Shown: positions 48,719 through 59,075, numbered from the stretch's first letter. The stretch: 64,000 bases of DNA from an uncultured Ignavibacteriaceae bacterium (GCA_964467955.1 CAYXTW010000003.1:4676-68675); one strand, 5' to 3'. Made by a program: numbers and translations. Notes: generated by a model from the letters alone, not told the origin.

Positions 48719-51207
48719 TTTATCCAGTAAAAAATATCGCCCATAATTGGCGCGGACAGACCATCTTACGGTCTTTTATACTTCTGGTTTGTCTTTTTTT
48801 AATCCACCAGGGACAAGTCGCGGCGCAGTCGTTCAATGTTGTCGATATTAAAGTCGAAGGTAACCGGATAGCAGCAACCAGTTTGATTCTATCGGTCAGC
48901 GGGATAAATAAAGGCGATGAACTGACCGCCTCGGCATCACAGGATGCGGTCCGCCGTTTATACGGTCTGGGATTTTTTCGAGATGTTCAGATTCTGGCCG
49001 AAGAAGTCACCGGCGGTCTGAGTCTTGTAATCAAAGTCAAAGAATTGCCCAAACTGGAGAGAGTGGAATTCGAGGGCAATAAGGAAATAGACTCGGATGA
49101 TTTGCGCAAAGATTTGGAACTTACCGGGGGAAATTACCTGTCGAATAATCTAATCTATGAAAAGAAAAACAAGATCATTGACATTTATGGCGAGAAGGGT
49201 TATTTCATGGTCAAGGTCGATTATGACCTGGATTATATGAATGATTCAACGACAGCCATTTTGACCTACAAAATCTCCGAGGGCTCCAAAGTCAAAGTGG
49301 AAAAGGTCGTCCTGACCGGAAACAAACAGGTTAAGGCCGACAAAATCATAGGCAAAATGCGCAATCGAAAACGAGGCTTTTTAAAATCCTCAAATTTCGA
49401 CAAGGAAAAATATCCGGAAGATAAAGAAAAGATAATCGATTACCTTCATAAAGAAGGTTATATCGACGCGTATCTCATTTCCGACTCAATCGCCATTGAT
49501 ACCGCCTCCAATAAAATGACGATTTATCTGAACATTTATGAGGGGCCGCGATACATTTTCGGCAAAACCACCTGGTCGGGCAAGGAAGTTTTTGATGAAA
49601 ACACTCTGAATAAAACACTCAAATATGACGAGGGCAGGATTTTTAATAATGAGAAATTCGAAGAATCGATAAATGAAATATATTTTCTATACCAGGAAAG
49701 GGGTTATCTTCATGTCCGGGTTATCGACGATCGGAAGACACGCGACAGTATTATCGATATAAATTTCGATATAATTGAAGGGCTTCCATCGGAAGTAAAT
49801 CTGGTCAGGATAATGGGAAATACCAAGACGCGGGAAAAGGTGATAAGGCGTGAGATGGTTATGCGGCCGGGCCAGGTTTTTCATCGTTCATTTCTGCTTC
49901 GCTCTATACGGAATATCATGCAGTTAAATTATTTTGCCAATGTAACTCCGGATATTACTCCTCTTCCCTCGGGTGACGTTGACGTTGTCGTCGATGTCGA
50001 GGAAAAACCGACGGCGCAGATTTCGGCCGGGGCGGGTTATTCGGGGCGCGATAAATTTGTCGGAACACTCGGTCTGGGAATTCCCAATTTCCGCGGTATG
50101 GGTCAGCATCTCTCATTAAATGTCGATATCGGCAGTCAGCGAAATTCGTATTCCATATCCTTTACCGAACCCTGGATGTTTTCCACGCCGACATCTCTGG
50201 GGGTGGATGTGTACTATACCAACCGGCAGTGGTACTCCGATTACACGGAGGGACGTCGTGGCGGATCATTCAGAATCGGGCGGCGACTGCGCTGGCCCGA
50301 TGACTATTTCAGTATTGTGGGGCAATATCGTTTGGAGGATGATCGCTTTTATGATTTCAGCGACGTCTATCGGAATGCACATTCATATATGACGGAAGAG
50401 ACATACATATATCCCAAGGTCGCCGGCGACACGGTGCAACATACCAATATTTTTTACGGCGGTCCGTTGCCGAATTCGCTGACGAGATTCGACGGCAGCT
50501 GGTTTAATTCCTCGAGCCTGCAATTCACCATTACCCGTGACAGCCGCGACCTGCCCGAATTTTCCACGCGCGGCTCGGTTTTATCCTACTCCATCGAAGT
50601 TGTCGGGGGCTGGCTCGGCGGATACTGGAAATACCGCAAACACATTCTGACAGCTTCGAAGTTTATTCCGGTTTTGGGCAAAATCGCACTGGCCGGAAAA
50701 TTGACATTCGGGGCCGTGACCGCCCAGAACGATTTAAACATCCTCGAGTTCGACCGCTTCTCGCCGGGCGGAACCGATTATTTCGGCATTGTCCGCGGGT
50801 ATGAATCCGGCTCCCTGACACCGGATACGACCATTACGTCGACCGATCTGACGTACTACTATGGTGATTCGGATCTTGCACAGCCGCCTGATTCCGTCGT
50901 TCCCCGGACATCGAAATACACGACCACTGTTCGCGGAAAATATTTGCTCGTCGGCAATCTGGAACTGCAGATTCCGATTTCGGAAAATCAGTTGTACGGC
51001 ATTTTATTTTATGACGCCGGTAACTCCTGGCTGAACAGCAGTGATATTAAATTAAATGACTTATATAGAGGAGTCGGTTTGGGTTTTCGATTAGTGGTTC
51101 CGGGAATCGGGACGATTGGTTTTGATTTCGGTTATTCCCTGGATGAACGATCCGACCAGAAAAAGGGCTGGAAACCGCATTTCCAAATCGGCACAACGTT
51201 CAGATAG
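48715..51207 (+). CDS. bamA: Outer-membrane protein assembly factor BamA (5 POTRA domains plus Omp85 barrel)
   Basis: 830 aa. Signal peptide, POTRA repeats (..VVDIKVEGN..., ..LERVEFEGNKEI..), and a C-terminal barrel ...HFQIGTTFR. TTG start overlapping the rplU stop. Followed by skp and lpxD, as in the conserved bamA-skp-lpxD cluster. Confidence 0.85.
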   Translation: MIYPVKNIAHNWRGQTILRSFILLVCLFLIHQGQVAAQSFNVVDIKVEGNRIAATSLILSVSGINKGDELTASASQDAVRRLYGLGFFRDVQILAEEVTGGLSLVIKVKELPKLERVEFEGNKEIDSDDLRKDLELTGGNYLSNNLIYEKKNKIIDIYGEKGYFMVKVDYDLDYMNDSTTAILTYKISEGSKVKVEKVVLTGNKQVKADKIIGKMRNRKRGFLKSSNFDKEKYPEDKEKIIDYLHKEGYIDAYLISDSIAIDTASNKMTIYLNIYEGPRYIFGKTTWSGKEVFDENTLNKTLKYDEGRIFNNEKFEESINEIYFLYQERGYLHVRVIDDRKTRDSIIDINFDIIEGLPSEVNLVRIMGNTKTREKVIRREMVMRPGQVFHRSFLLRSIRNIMQLNYFANVTPDITPLPSGDVDVVVDVEEKPTAQISAGAGYSGRDKFVGTLGLGIPNFRGMGQHLSLNVDIGSQRNSYSISFTEPWMFSTPTSLGVDVYYTNRQWYSDYTEGRRGGSFRIGRRLRWPDDYFSIVGQYRLEDDRFYDFSDVYRNAHSYMTEETYIYPKVAGDTVQHTNIFYGGPLPNSLTRFDGSWFNSSSLQFTITRDSRDLPEFSTRGSVLSYSIEVVGGWLGGYWKYRKHILTASKFIPVLGKIALAGKLTFGAVTAQNDLNILEFDRFSPGGTDYFGIVRGYESGSLTPDTTITSTDLTYYYGDSDLAQPPDSVVPRTSKYTTTVRGKYLLVGNLELQIPISENQLYGILFYDAGNSWLNSSDIKLNDLYRGVGLGFRLVVPGIGTIGFDFGYSLDERSDQKKGWKPHFQIGTTFR

Positions 51208-51232
51208 AAACAATTAATAATTTATTAAGGGT

Positions 51233-51775
51233 GTGAGGATCGTTATGAAAAAAAGTAAACTCCTTTCGGCCGCCAGCATCATAGTCCTGTTTATGGTGGC
51301 CGGATTGGGCTCAACCGCTCTGGCTCAAATCGGGAAATTCGGATATGTCGATTCGGACAGAATCTTCACCGAATACAAAGACTGGGCGAAAGCACAGGAC
51401 GAATTCAATACCGAATACAAAGCCTGGGATGATGAGGCCAAGGATATGCAAAAAGAACTCGATGATATGACGGCAGAATATGAAAAGCAAAAATTGATTC
51501 TTTCCGAGGAAAAAAAGAAGGAACGGGAAGCGGCCATTGAAGCCAAGCGCTCCGCACTGGATGCCTTCACCAAGGAGATCTTCGGACCTGACGGCTCGGC
51601 CGAAAGAAAGAACGCCAATCTTGTTAAACCTCTTCTGGAGAAGATCAACAATGCCATCGAGAGAGTTGCCACCGAAGGGAATTATGATTTTATTTTCAAT
51701 TCGACCGGCCTGGCCTATGCCAAAAAGGATTATGATATAACCGACAAAATCCTGGAGATTCTTGAAGAAGAATAA
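51233..51775 (+). CDS. skp: Periplasmic chaperone Skp (OmpH)
   Basis: 180 aa. Signal peptide and a highly charged coiled-coil body. Sits between bamA and lpxD. Confidence 0.8.
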   Translation: MRIVMKKSKLLSAASIIVLFMVAGLGSTALAQIGKFGYVDSDRIFTEYKDWAKAQDEFNTEYKAWDDEAKDMQKELDDMTAEYEKQKLILSEEKKKEREAAIEAKRSALDAFTKEIFGPDGSAERKNANLVKPLLEKINNAIERVATEGNYDFIFNSTGLAYAKKDYDITDKILEILEEE

Positions 51776-51793
51776 AACCAGAGCTTTCAGGTT

Positions 51794-52810
51794 TTGAAAA
51801 TAAAACTTAAACAGTTAGTCGAGAAGATAGGTGGCCAACTTTTCGGCGACGGCGACATTGAAATCGAGTCGGCCGCCCCGATAGATAGCGCCGGGAAAGG
51901 GCAGATTACTTTTCTGGCCAATCCAAGGTATGAGAAGTTTTTGGAAACGACCAAGGCCTCGGCGGTAATACTTCAAACTGAATACGAATGCAGCCATCCG
52001 GCGGCGATAAAACACAATAATCCATACTACGCTTTTGCCCGGGCACTCGATATTTTATACCCGGAAGTCATCAATCTGCCGCAGGGAATAGATTCTTCGG
52101 CCATTATAGCCGATTCAGCCCAAATCGGGGGTAATTGCGCTATAGGAGCGATGACCTATATTGGCCGCGAAAGCTCAGTCGGAGAAAGCGGTATTATCCA
52201 TCCGCAGGTTCATATTGCCGATAACGTTCACATTGGCAGAAACTGCCGGATTTATCCCGGTGTTAAAATTATGGAGGGTAGCCGAATCGGCGATAATGTT
52301 ATTCTCCACAGCGGCGTTGTCATCGGCTCTGACGGTTTCGGATTCGCCCGCCATGATAAGGGCATCAAGAAAGTCAAACAAATCGGTTGGGTCGAGATAG
52401 GCAGTGATGTCGAAATCGGGGCCAATAGTACCATTGACCGGGGTGCTCTGGGACCGACCAGAATCGGCAATTTCGTAAAAATTGACAACCTGGTTCAAAT
52501 CGCTCATAATGTCGAAATAGGAGATTATTCGATAATCGTATCGCAGGTCGGCATATCCGGATCGACCAAACTTGGAAAAGGTGTTATTCTGGCCGGTCAG
52601 GTCGGGCTCGTCGGTCATATTGAGCTGGGTGATGGCGTTCAGGTGGGAGCTAAATCAGGAATCAATCATAGTATTCCGGCGGGAAAAAGCTACTTCGGCT
52701 ATCCGGCTCGGGAGAAGACATTTGCCATGCGGATAGAAGCCTGTCTGGCAAAACTTCCGGACTTGTTCCGCCGTGTTCGTATCCTGGAGAAAAAAAATAA
52801 GAGTAATTAA
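51794..52810 (+). CDS. lpxD: UDP-3-O-(3-hydroxyacyl)glucosamine N-acyltransferase
   Basis: 338 aa. LpxD N-terminal domain followed by left-handed beta-helix hexapeptide repeats (IGDNVILHSGVVIGSDGFGF...). Confidence 0.9.
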   Translation: MKIKLKQLVEKIGGQLFGDGDIEIESAAPIDSAGKGQITFLANPRYEKFLETTKASAVILQTEYECSHPAAIKHNNPYYAFARALDILYPEVINLPQGIDSSAIIADSAQIGGNCAIGAMTYIGRESSVGESGIIHPQVHIADNVHIGRNCRIYPGVKIMEGSRIGDNVILHSGVVIGSDGFGFARHDKGIKKVKQIGWVEIGSDVEIGANSTIDRGALGPTRIGNFVKIDNLVQIAHNVEIGDYSIIVSQVGISGSTKLGKGVILAGQVGLVGHIELGDGVQVGAKSGINHSIPAGKSYFGYPAREKTFAMRIEACLAKLPDLFRRVRILEKKNKSN

Positions 52811-53026
52811 TAGTTAATTGGCGGCTTAAAATTCCGATCAAAGTTCACTAATAAATATATACCAAAAATATCCAATATTTTCCTAAAAAATCCGATACAA
52901 GTGCCGAAATAGTACATGTATCGAATTATATTCGTAATGGGCGCGATTCGATAATGCGCGACGGGCATGTGGGCGGAACAGGCAATAAAATAGCCAATTT
53001 AGGGGAGTTTAGAGAAAAAAAATACT

Positions 53027-53055
53027 TGACAACAAGTTGAAATAGTATAAATTCT
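53027..53055 (+). promoter_or_regulatory. Sigma-70-like promoter (TTGACA, 14-17 nt spacer, TATAAAT) in the convergent gap between lpxD and rtcB
   Basis: ttgacaacaagttgaaatagtataaat has a perfect -35 and a near-consensus -10. No CDS lies downstream on this strand. Confidence 0.25.
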
Positions 53056-53059
53056 CGAT

Positions 53060-53135
53060 AATTACGGAGGGTGACTCTCTGCTGTCCCTGGGTAGTTTCC
53101 TAGCCCCCTCTACCCAACCAGAAAGGCGCCCTCTT
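53060..53135 (+). ncRNA. Candidate small RNA (GC-rich stem-loops ending in a terminator-like GGCGCC...CTCTTTTATT)
   Basis: Downstream of the promoter-like element: ggagggtgactctctgctgtccctgggtagtttcctagccccctctacccaaccagaaaggcgccctcttttatt. GGGTAG/CTACCC and GGAGGG/CCCCTC pairings are visible, followed by a T-run. Only a 10-codon ORF is present. Confidence 0.2.
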
Positions 53136-53179
53136 TTATTATGCGCTTTGTTCACTCAAAATAGAAGGCTAAAACGAAA

Positions 53180-54634
53180 TCATCCCTTTATATTCAAGAC
53201 CGGATAAAAGCGGGCGACTTTCTTTGAAATACCGATTTCATGAACGGCTTCGACGACAGCATCGATATTTTTATAGGCAAAAGCCGCCTCCTCGGCCAAA
53301 CCGGGCATATAACCCGTTTTTACCAGAATGCCGCTATCTTTCATCCGCTGGCGAACCTGTTCACCACGGGTAGATTTTTTGGCCTTCATCCTCGACATTG
53401 TTCGACCGGCTCCGTGAAGCGACGAGCCGAAGGTTTCGTCGTCGGCATATTTCGTCCCGCACAGCAGGGCCGAGCCGGTCTCCATCGAACCTCCGACAAT
53501 CACCGGCTGGCCAATATCTCGATATTGTGCAGGAATTTCGGCCCGCCCCGGGCCAAATGACCGCGTCGCGCCCTTTCGATGGACCAGAAGCGTCTCTTCC
53601 CTGCCGTCGATTTCGTACTTTTCGAATTTGGCAATATTATGAGCCACGTCATAAATAGTTTCGATACCGAGTTCCTTATCACTCTGGCCGAAGACAGAAC
53701 GAAAAACCCGCCGTATTCCTGATACAATAAGCTGGCGATTGGCGAAAGCGGAGTTAGCGGCGCAGGCCATCGCCCTGAAATATCGCCGTCCCTCGTCGGA
53801 ATCAATCGGCGCCGACATCAGTTCTCTATCACGGACCTCCAGGCCATATTTCCCCATACACTTATTGAATACCTGCAAATAATCGGTGGCAATTTGATGC
53901 CCGAATCCCCGCGAGCCGCAATGGATAGCTATCAGAATCTGATCGTCGACGGTAACACCGAATTTTTCGGCCAGCGTTTGATCAAAAACGCCTTCTCGCG
54001 GGGCCACTTCTACTTCCAGATAATGATTGCCCGAACCGAGCGTACCCATCTGATTTATTCCTCGGGATATCGCTTTTTCCGATACGGCGCTGCTGTCTGC
54101 ATTTTCGATACATCCCTGATTTTCGATAAATTCGAGATCGGTTTCGGTTGCGAAATCATTTTCCAGGCACCACTGAGCCCCGCTCTCCATCAACCGGTTA
54201 AAGCTCCCCCGGCTCAATTTTACAAATCCCTTCGACCCGACCCCTGAAGGAATAGTTGAGAAAAGTGAGGCTAACAAATATTCCATCTTTGGCTTAATCA
54301 TGTCCAAGGTCAAATTTGTTCGAAGCAAACGCATCCCGCAATTGATATCAAAGCCTATCCCCCCCGGAGAAATAATACCGTCATCTTTGGCAAATGCGGC
54401 CACTCCCCCGATCGGAAAACCATAACCGACGTGACCGTCCGGCATACAAAAGGCCGCCTTTTTTATTCCGGGAAGGCAAGCAACATTAGTAATCTGGTCA
54501 ATGACTCTGTCATCGATGCTGTCAAAAAGTTCAGGTGAAGATAATATCCGCGCCGGAACATTCATACCCGGCTTAAAATCGATCGGAACTTCCCAGATAT
54601 TATTGCTCAATCTTTTAAAACTCTCTCTACTCAT
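53180..54634 (-). CDS. rtcB: RNA-splicing ligase RtcB (3'-phosphate/5'-hydroxyl RNA ligase)
   Basis: Full-length RtcB similarity, including metal/GMP-binding His residues (..GHQIATDYLQ.., ..SLHGAGR..). ATG 54634-54632 overlaps the archease stop (ATGA). RBS AAGGAGAGGTGG. Confidence 0.9.
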   Translation of the reverse strand: MSRESFKRLSNNIWEVPIDFKPGMNVPARILSSPELFDSIDDRVIDQITNVACLPGIKKAAFCMPDGHVGYGFPIGGVAAFAKDDGIISPGGIGFDINCGMRLLRTNLTLDMIKPKMEYLLASLFSTIPSGVGSKGFVKLSRGSFNRLMESGAQWCLENDFATETDLEFIENQGCIENADSSAVSEKAISRGINQMGTLGSGNHYLEVEVAPREGVFDQTLAEKFGVTVDDQILIAIHCGSRGFGHQIATDYLQVFNKCMGKYGLEVRDRELMSAPIDSDEGRRYFRAMACAANSAFANRQLIVSGIRRVFRSVFGQSDKELGIETIYDVAHNIAKFEKYEIDGREETLLVHRKGATRSFGPGRAEIPAQYRDIGQPVIVGGSMETGSALLCGTKYADDETFGSSLHGAGRTMSRMKAKKSTRGEQVRQRMKDSGILVKTGYMPGLAEEAAFAYKNIDAVVEAVHEIGISKKVARFYPVLNIKG

Positions 54635-55056
54635 AAATCGAACACCACCTCTCCTTGCCACGTGTCCTCGATTTTCTCAATCCTGAAACGATAATATGTA
54701 ACGCCCTTGACATCGACCTTAAGAACCTGCCGTTTCGGGTCGACGTTATCACCGGTCAAATAGGCTGCCAGTTTATACCTGTTATTTTTTTTAATTTTCA
54801 GCCGACACTGCTTCATTAAAAAATCCCTGGCATCCTTTATATAAATTAATTCTGACAGCCAACTATAGAATAATTCCTCAAGACTGTCATCTTCAAGTTC
54901 CAAAGATAGTTTCTTTTCATTCTCCAATCCTTTCGGTTCAACCATGATTTCCGTCAAACCGGCCGCGGCATCGGCAAATAGTTGCTCCGGAGTTTCTCCT
55001 GAAACCGATAGCCCGACATCGGCGCACGTGTGCGCATCTGTAATTTTATATGGCAT
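54631..55056 (-). CDS. Archease (RtcB activator)
   Basis: 141 aa. MPYKITDAHTCADVGLSVSG... is archease-like. Translationally coupled to rtcB. Confidence 0.8.
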   Translation of the reverse strand: MPYKITDAHTCADVGLSVSGETPEQLFADAAAGLTEIMVEPKGLENEKKLSLELEDDSLEELFYSWLSELIYIKDARDFLMKQCRLKIKKNNRYKLAAYLTGDNVDPKRQVLKVDVKGVTYYRFRIEKIEDTWQGEVVFDL

Positions 55057-55122
55057 ATAGTTATAAGAATAAAAAAAACGCCGCTAAAATACAAGCGACG
55101 CTTTTCTGCAAATCGGTCGGAT

Positions 55123-55338
<216 letters not shown>

Positions 55339-55416
55339 TTAAATATCATTTCGGCGGGAAATATAGAAATTATTTCGTCTTTGTAAAGGAAAAAAACAGC
55401 CGAAAATCGGTTGTTT

Positions 55417-56925
55417 TCATTTTAGCAGCAGAGCTTTCCGAAATACCTGATAATCGTCGCTCGCAAACCGAAAAAAATATATTCCGGTAGGTACCGACCC
55501 ACCGGTGCAATCGGTCCCATTCCAATAGAAATTAATAGATTTCTCCGGCAGGAGTTCTCCGGAATTGATATTCTGCCCCAGAATATTGTAAATATCGTAG
55601 GCAATTCTCTTTTTGTCGACGGCTTTCAGGTTAAACATTACGGTGCTATTAAATGGATTCGGCCACGGCCGGCTGACAAAAAATTCTGATGGCTGAATCT
55701 TTTGGCCTTCCTCAACAAGACTGGGTTCATTAAGGCTAAACTGCAGGTGATAGATAATCGAATAATTGGTATCCGATGTATTTATGAGCATGGTAGTATT
55801 TATCAGAGAGTCTTCAATCGATTCAAATATCGGCATAATGTCTATATCCGTATTTTCGCCGCCGGCGATAGAAAAGGAATCCGCAGAAACTGTCAACAAA
55901 TCTTTATCGTAATTCAGTCTTAATGATACCAACTCCTCCCCCGTATTTTGAATATTGATTGCAAATGCGTTTATCTCGCCATTTTCAACCAATCCATTAA
56001 CTTGCGCTGGCTGAATTATGACGGAAGGCAATTTATTGACATCGACATGTACGAAATCGGAAGACATACTATCCGAACCGTCAGAGGCAACGATGCATAA
56101 ATAACCATCGGATAAAATCCCCTGTTTTGAACATAATGAATCGATCCCCAGACTATCGACCCGAACGCAGACTGACATAAAATCCGTCGTATCAGCACCG
56201 TAATAAATTGAAAAAAATATCGAGTCGTTAATGCTGAGCTTATACCGATGGCTATTGACAACCGTCCAACCAAGCAATTCCAATCCGATCATGTATTCCT
56301 CGTTACACTCCTGCAATTTAAAAGCGGAATCGTCCATCGGACAAATATACTGCTCGAGAGTTCGCGGGCCCAAATTGACGCCGATCAGCGGGGCGGTCGG
56401 AAATCCCGGCTGCCATTCCAATCCGGCCCAGATGTCGAATGCGTCTTTTAAAAATATATCAGTCTGACAATCTACTCGTGCGCCGTTACCGGCGACGTTT
56501 GAATCCAATCGTATCAACTGCTGCCAGTAGTCGGCAAAATTTCCCTCCGGACCTCTCTTTTTAATCGATAATCCAATGGGGCTGAATTGATCTCCCGGGT
56601 ACTCCGGGAAAACATCATTCGCTGATATATAGGTCGAAGCTTGAGAAACAGTGACCGGCGGGTTAATCGGAAATCGGGTCAAAACCGAGTATTGCCGATC
56701 CTTTTCGCTGACAAAAAAATAGCCATCAGCCTGATCCCTAACATTACCCAAAATTTCACAATGCAAACCGGGGTAAAACCAGTAAAGCTCGATTTCGCCT
56801 GTGGAACCGGCATAGATTACAGGATTTATCGGTTTGTCCAGAGCAAATAATGACGGGGCAAAAAATAAAAATGTCGAAAAGAATAGAATTTTGCGCGATT
56901 TACAAAATCGTTTCAACTTTAACAT
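55417..56925 (-). CDS. Secreted protein with a T9SS type-A C-terminal sorting domain
   Basis: 502 aa. Signal peptide is MLKLKRFCKSRKILFFSTFLFFAPSLFA. C-terminal ...SRPWPNPFNSTVMFNL...GIYFFRF... is Por_Secre_tail. Confidence 0.6.
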   Translation of the reverse strand: MLKLKRFCKSRKILFFSTFLFFAPSLFALDKPINPVIYAGSTGEIELYWFYPGLHCEILGNVRDQADGYFFVSEKDRQYSVLTRFPINPPVTVSQASTYISANDVFPEYPGDQFSPIGLSIKKRGPEGNFADYWQQLIRLDSNVAGNGARVDCQTDIFLKDAFDIWAGLEWQPGFPTAPLIGVNLGPRTLEQYICPMDDSAFKLQECNEEYMIGLELLGWTVVNSHRYKLSINDSIFFSIYYGADTTDFMSVCVRVDSLGIDSLCSKQGILSDGYLCIVASDGSDSMSSDFVHVDVNKLPSVIIQPAQVNGLVENGEINAFAINIQNTGEELVSLRLNYDKDLLTVSADSFSIAGGENTDIDIMPIFESIEDSLINTTMLINTSDTNYSIIYHLQFSLNEPSLVEEGQKIQPSEFFVSRPWPNPFNSTVMFNLKAVDKKRIAYDIYNILGQNINSGELLPEKSINFYWNGTDCTGGSVPTGIYFFRFASDDYQVFRKALLLK

Positions 56926-56999
56926 CTTTACCGCTTATACAGCAAATGAATTTCAGAAAATATACATTGGATAAGATAAGAATGCAAGAAAATTAAAAA

Positions 57000-57071
57000 G
57001 GCGGCTTCCGGACTCGAACCGGAGAATAGAGGTTTTGCAGACCTCCGCCTTACCACTTGGCTAAGCCGCCA
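57000..57071 (-). tRNA. tRNA-Cys (anticodon GCA)
   Basis: Reverse-complement folds as a cloverleaf: acceptor GGCGGCT/AGCCGCC, anticodon arm GAGGT-CTGCAAA-ACCTC, T-arm TCCGG-TTCGAGT-CCGGA. Confidence 0.85.
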
Positions 57072-57073
57072 AA

Positions 57074-57152
<79 letters not shown>

Positions 57153-57347
57153 TGGTGTTCTATAAATATATATCGGAAAATCAGTTTGTCAACTTTTTAT
57201 AAATGCGGTTTCAATAATTTTACCATCGCTTAATTTGTATAATTTATTACCGGCCAATCTGTTTCCGTTTGACACCCGGTTTTGGTGCTTTTATATTATC
57301 AGCGAAATGGATAGCCGGAAGACGGCTCTGATATAAGGAGATTTATC

Positions 57348-58322
57348 GTGCTAAAAAAATCGGCGATTTTTGTTTTAATCATAACGCTGGGCTTTTTGGC
57401 CTGCAGCGATAAGGACAGCGGCGTGGGCGAGGTCGACGGCGTTTACCCGGCGGCAATAAATGACCTTCGTGTGAGCGACACTATGGCCACGGCGCTTAAA
57501 TTGAGATGGACGGCCCCGGGTGATGACAGCCTCGTCGGCACCGCCTCGGCCTATGATATAAGGATTGCTTCATCAGCCGATTATTTGATATATTTTTGGA
57601 ATGATGCTGTCGGCGTTCCCAATGTCCCCAGGCCTTCCCCGGCCGGTCAGCCTGAATCTCTATTGGTCGAAGGTCTTTCATTTTATTTCAAATATTATTT
57701 CGCCATAAGAAGCTTGGATGAAGCCGGCAATGTTTCGTATATTTCAAATATCGCCAGCGGACGACCATTTTTCGATTCAACGGTTGTTATCAATGATGAT
57801 AGTCTTGATATTGTTTTAAGGGAACATATCTGGGATTATTTGCCGATTGACTCGGTTCTGGATAGTATTATCACGTATTCAAAGCTTTTGGGATTGGATA
57901 CGCTTAACGGCAAGAACAGGCACATCTCAAATATCGAACAACTTTATTATGCCGCCGAGCTTACCAGGCTGAATCTGGCCAATAATTTAATAGATAATAT
58001 TGACGTTATGTCCCATCTCAGGCGGCTTGATACACTCTATCTGTCGTATAATCGAATTACCGATATTGATTCGCTTGGCGCTTTGACCAATCTGCAATAT
58101 TTATATCTGGATAGCAACCTGATCGACAGCATCGATGCCCTTGCCGATTTGGTCAACCTGGCCTATATAAATCTGGATTCGAATCTCATCGAAAGTATTT
58201 ATCCGTTGGTTAAAAATACCGGTCTGGGCAGTGGCGATTATGTTTCAATCCGCGGCAATCCGTTTACCGATTCGACTTATATCGATTCACTGGCTGATCG
58301 TGGTGTGATAGTAGTCCATTAA
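57348..58322 (+). CDS. Leucine-rich-repeat (internalin-like) lipoprotein with an N-terminal FN3/Ig-like domain
   Basis: 324 aa. GTG start. Lipobox LGFLAC. The C-terminal half is a series of about 22-aa LRRs (LxxLxxLxLxxNxIxDI: ...LTRLNLANNLIDNIDVMSHLRRLDTLYLSYNRITDIDSL...). Confidence 0.75.
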   Translation: MLKKSAIFVLIITLGFLACSDKDSGVGEVDGVYPAAINDLRVSDTMATALKLRWTAPGDDSLVGTASAYDIRIASSADYLIYFWNDAVGVPNVPRPSPAGQPESLLVEGLSFYFKYYFAIRSLDEAGNVSYISNIASGRPFFDSTVVINDDSLDIVLREHIWDYLPIDSVLDSIITYSKLLGLDTLNGKNRHISNIEQLYYAAELTRLNLANNLIDNIDVMSHLRRLDTLYLSYNRITDIDSLGALTNLQYLYLDSNLIDSIDALADLVNLAYINLDSNLIESIYPLVKNTGLGSGDYVSIRGNPFTDSTYIDSLADRGVIVVH

Positions 58323-58475
58323 CCGGAGTAAAAGATAAATAAGATAAAAACCAAATATCTATTCGGGATAGCCGCGTATGCTATCCTCTGGATTCTATTT
58401 TATTCTATATCAGGGTATTGCTCGGATACTGCAAAGGGTGCAATTCTTGAAGAAGGCTGGACTGAATCATTTGAC

Positions 58476-59075
58476 TTGGAAAGCTGCGATTGGTCTTCAC
58501 ACGGCAGTAATAGATACTTCATGCTGGAACCCGGCTATGAACTGGTTCTGGAGGGTATGGATGACGAGGATACGGTCGAGCTTATTATAACCGTACTGAA
58601 TGACACGGAAAGGGTGGCCGGCGTGCAGACAAGAATGGTGGAAGAAAAAGAATCGGTAAACGGTCACCTAATCGAAGTATCAAGAAATTTTCTCGCCTTC
58701 TGCGAAAATAACCAGAGTATTTTTTATTTTGGTGAAGATGTTGATATTTACCGCGACGGCAAAATCGTCAACCATGAAGGATCGTGGCGAGCCGGATTAA
58801 ACGATAATCGCGCCGGTTTGATGATGCCCGGTTTGGCGCTTCTGGGAGCAGGCTATTATCAGGAAATTGCGCCTGATATCGCCATGGATCGTGCCCGGAT
58901 TATCAGCTTAAGCGATACATTGGATACACCTGCCGGGCATTTTGAGAATTGTCTGATGGTTGAAGAGTCGACCCCTCTGGAGCCGGGGGTCCGCGAATAT
59001 AAAATTTATGCTCCGGGAGTCGGCTTGACTAAAGACGGCAATCTACTGCTGACAAAGTACGGTTTATCGCGATAG
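58476..59075 (+). CDS. Hypothetical protein; the N-terminus is unresolved (see findings)
   Basis: 199-aa ORF from the first canonical start (TTG). The in-frame upstream 48 codons encode a signal-peptide-like hydrophobic segment but contain no ATG/GTG/TTG. Confidence 0.4.
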   Translation: MESCDWSSHGSNRYFMLEPGYELVLEGMDDEDTVELIITVLNDTERVAGVQTRMVEEKESVNGHLIEVSRNFLAFCENNQSIFYFGEDVDIYRDGKIVNHEGSWRAGLNDNRAGLMMPGLALLGAGYYQEIAPDIAMDRARIISLSDTLDTPAGHFENCLMVEESTPLEPGVREYKIYAPGVGLTKDGNLLLTKYGLSR

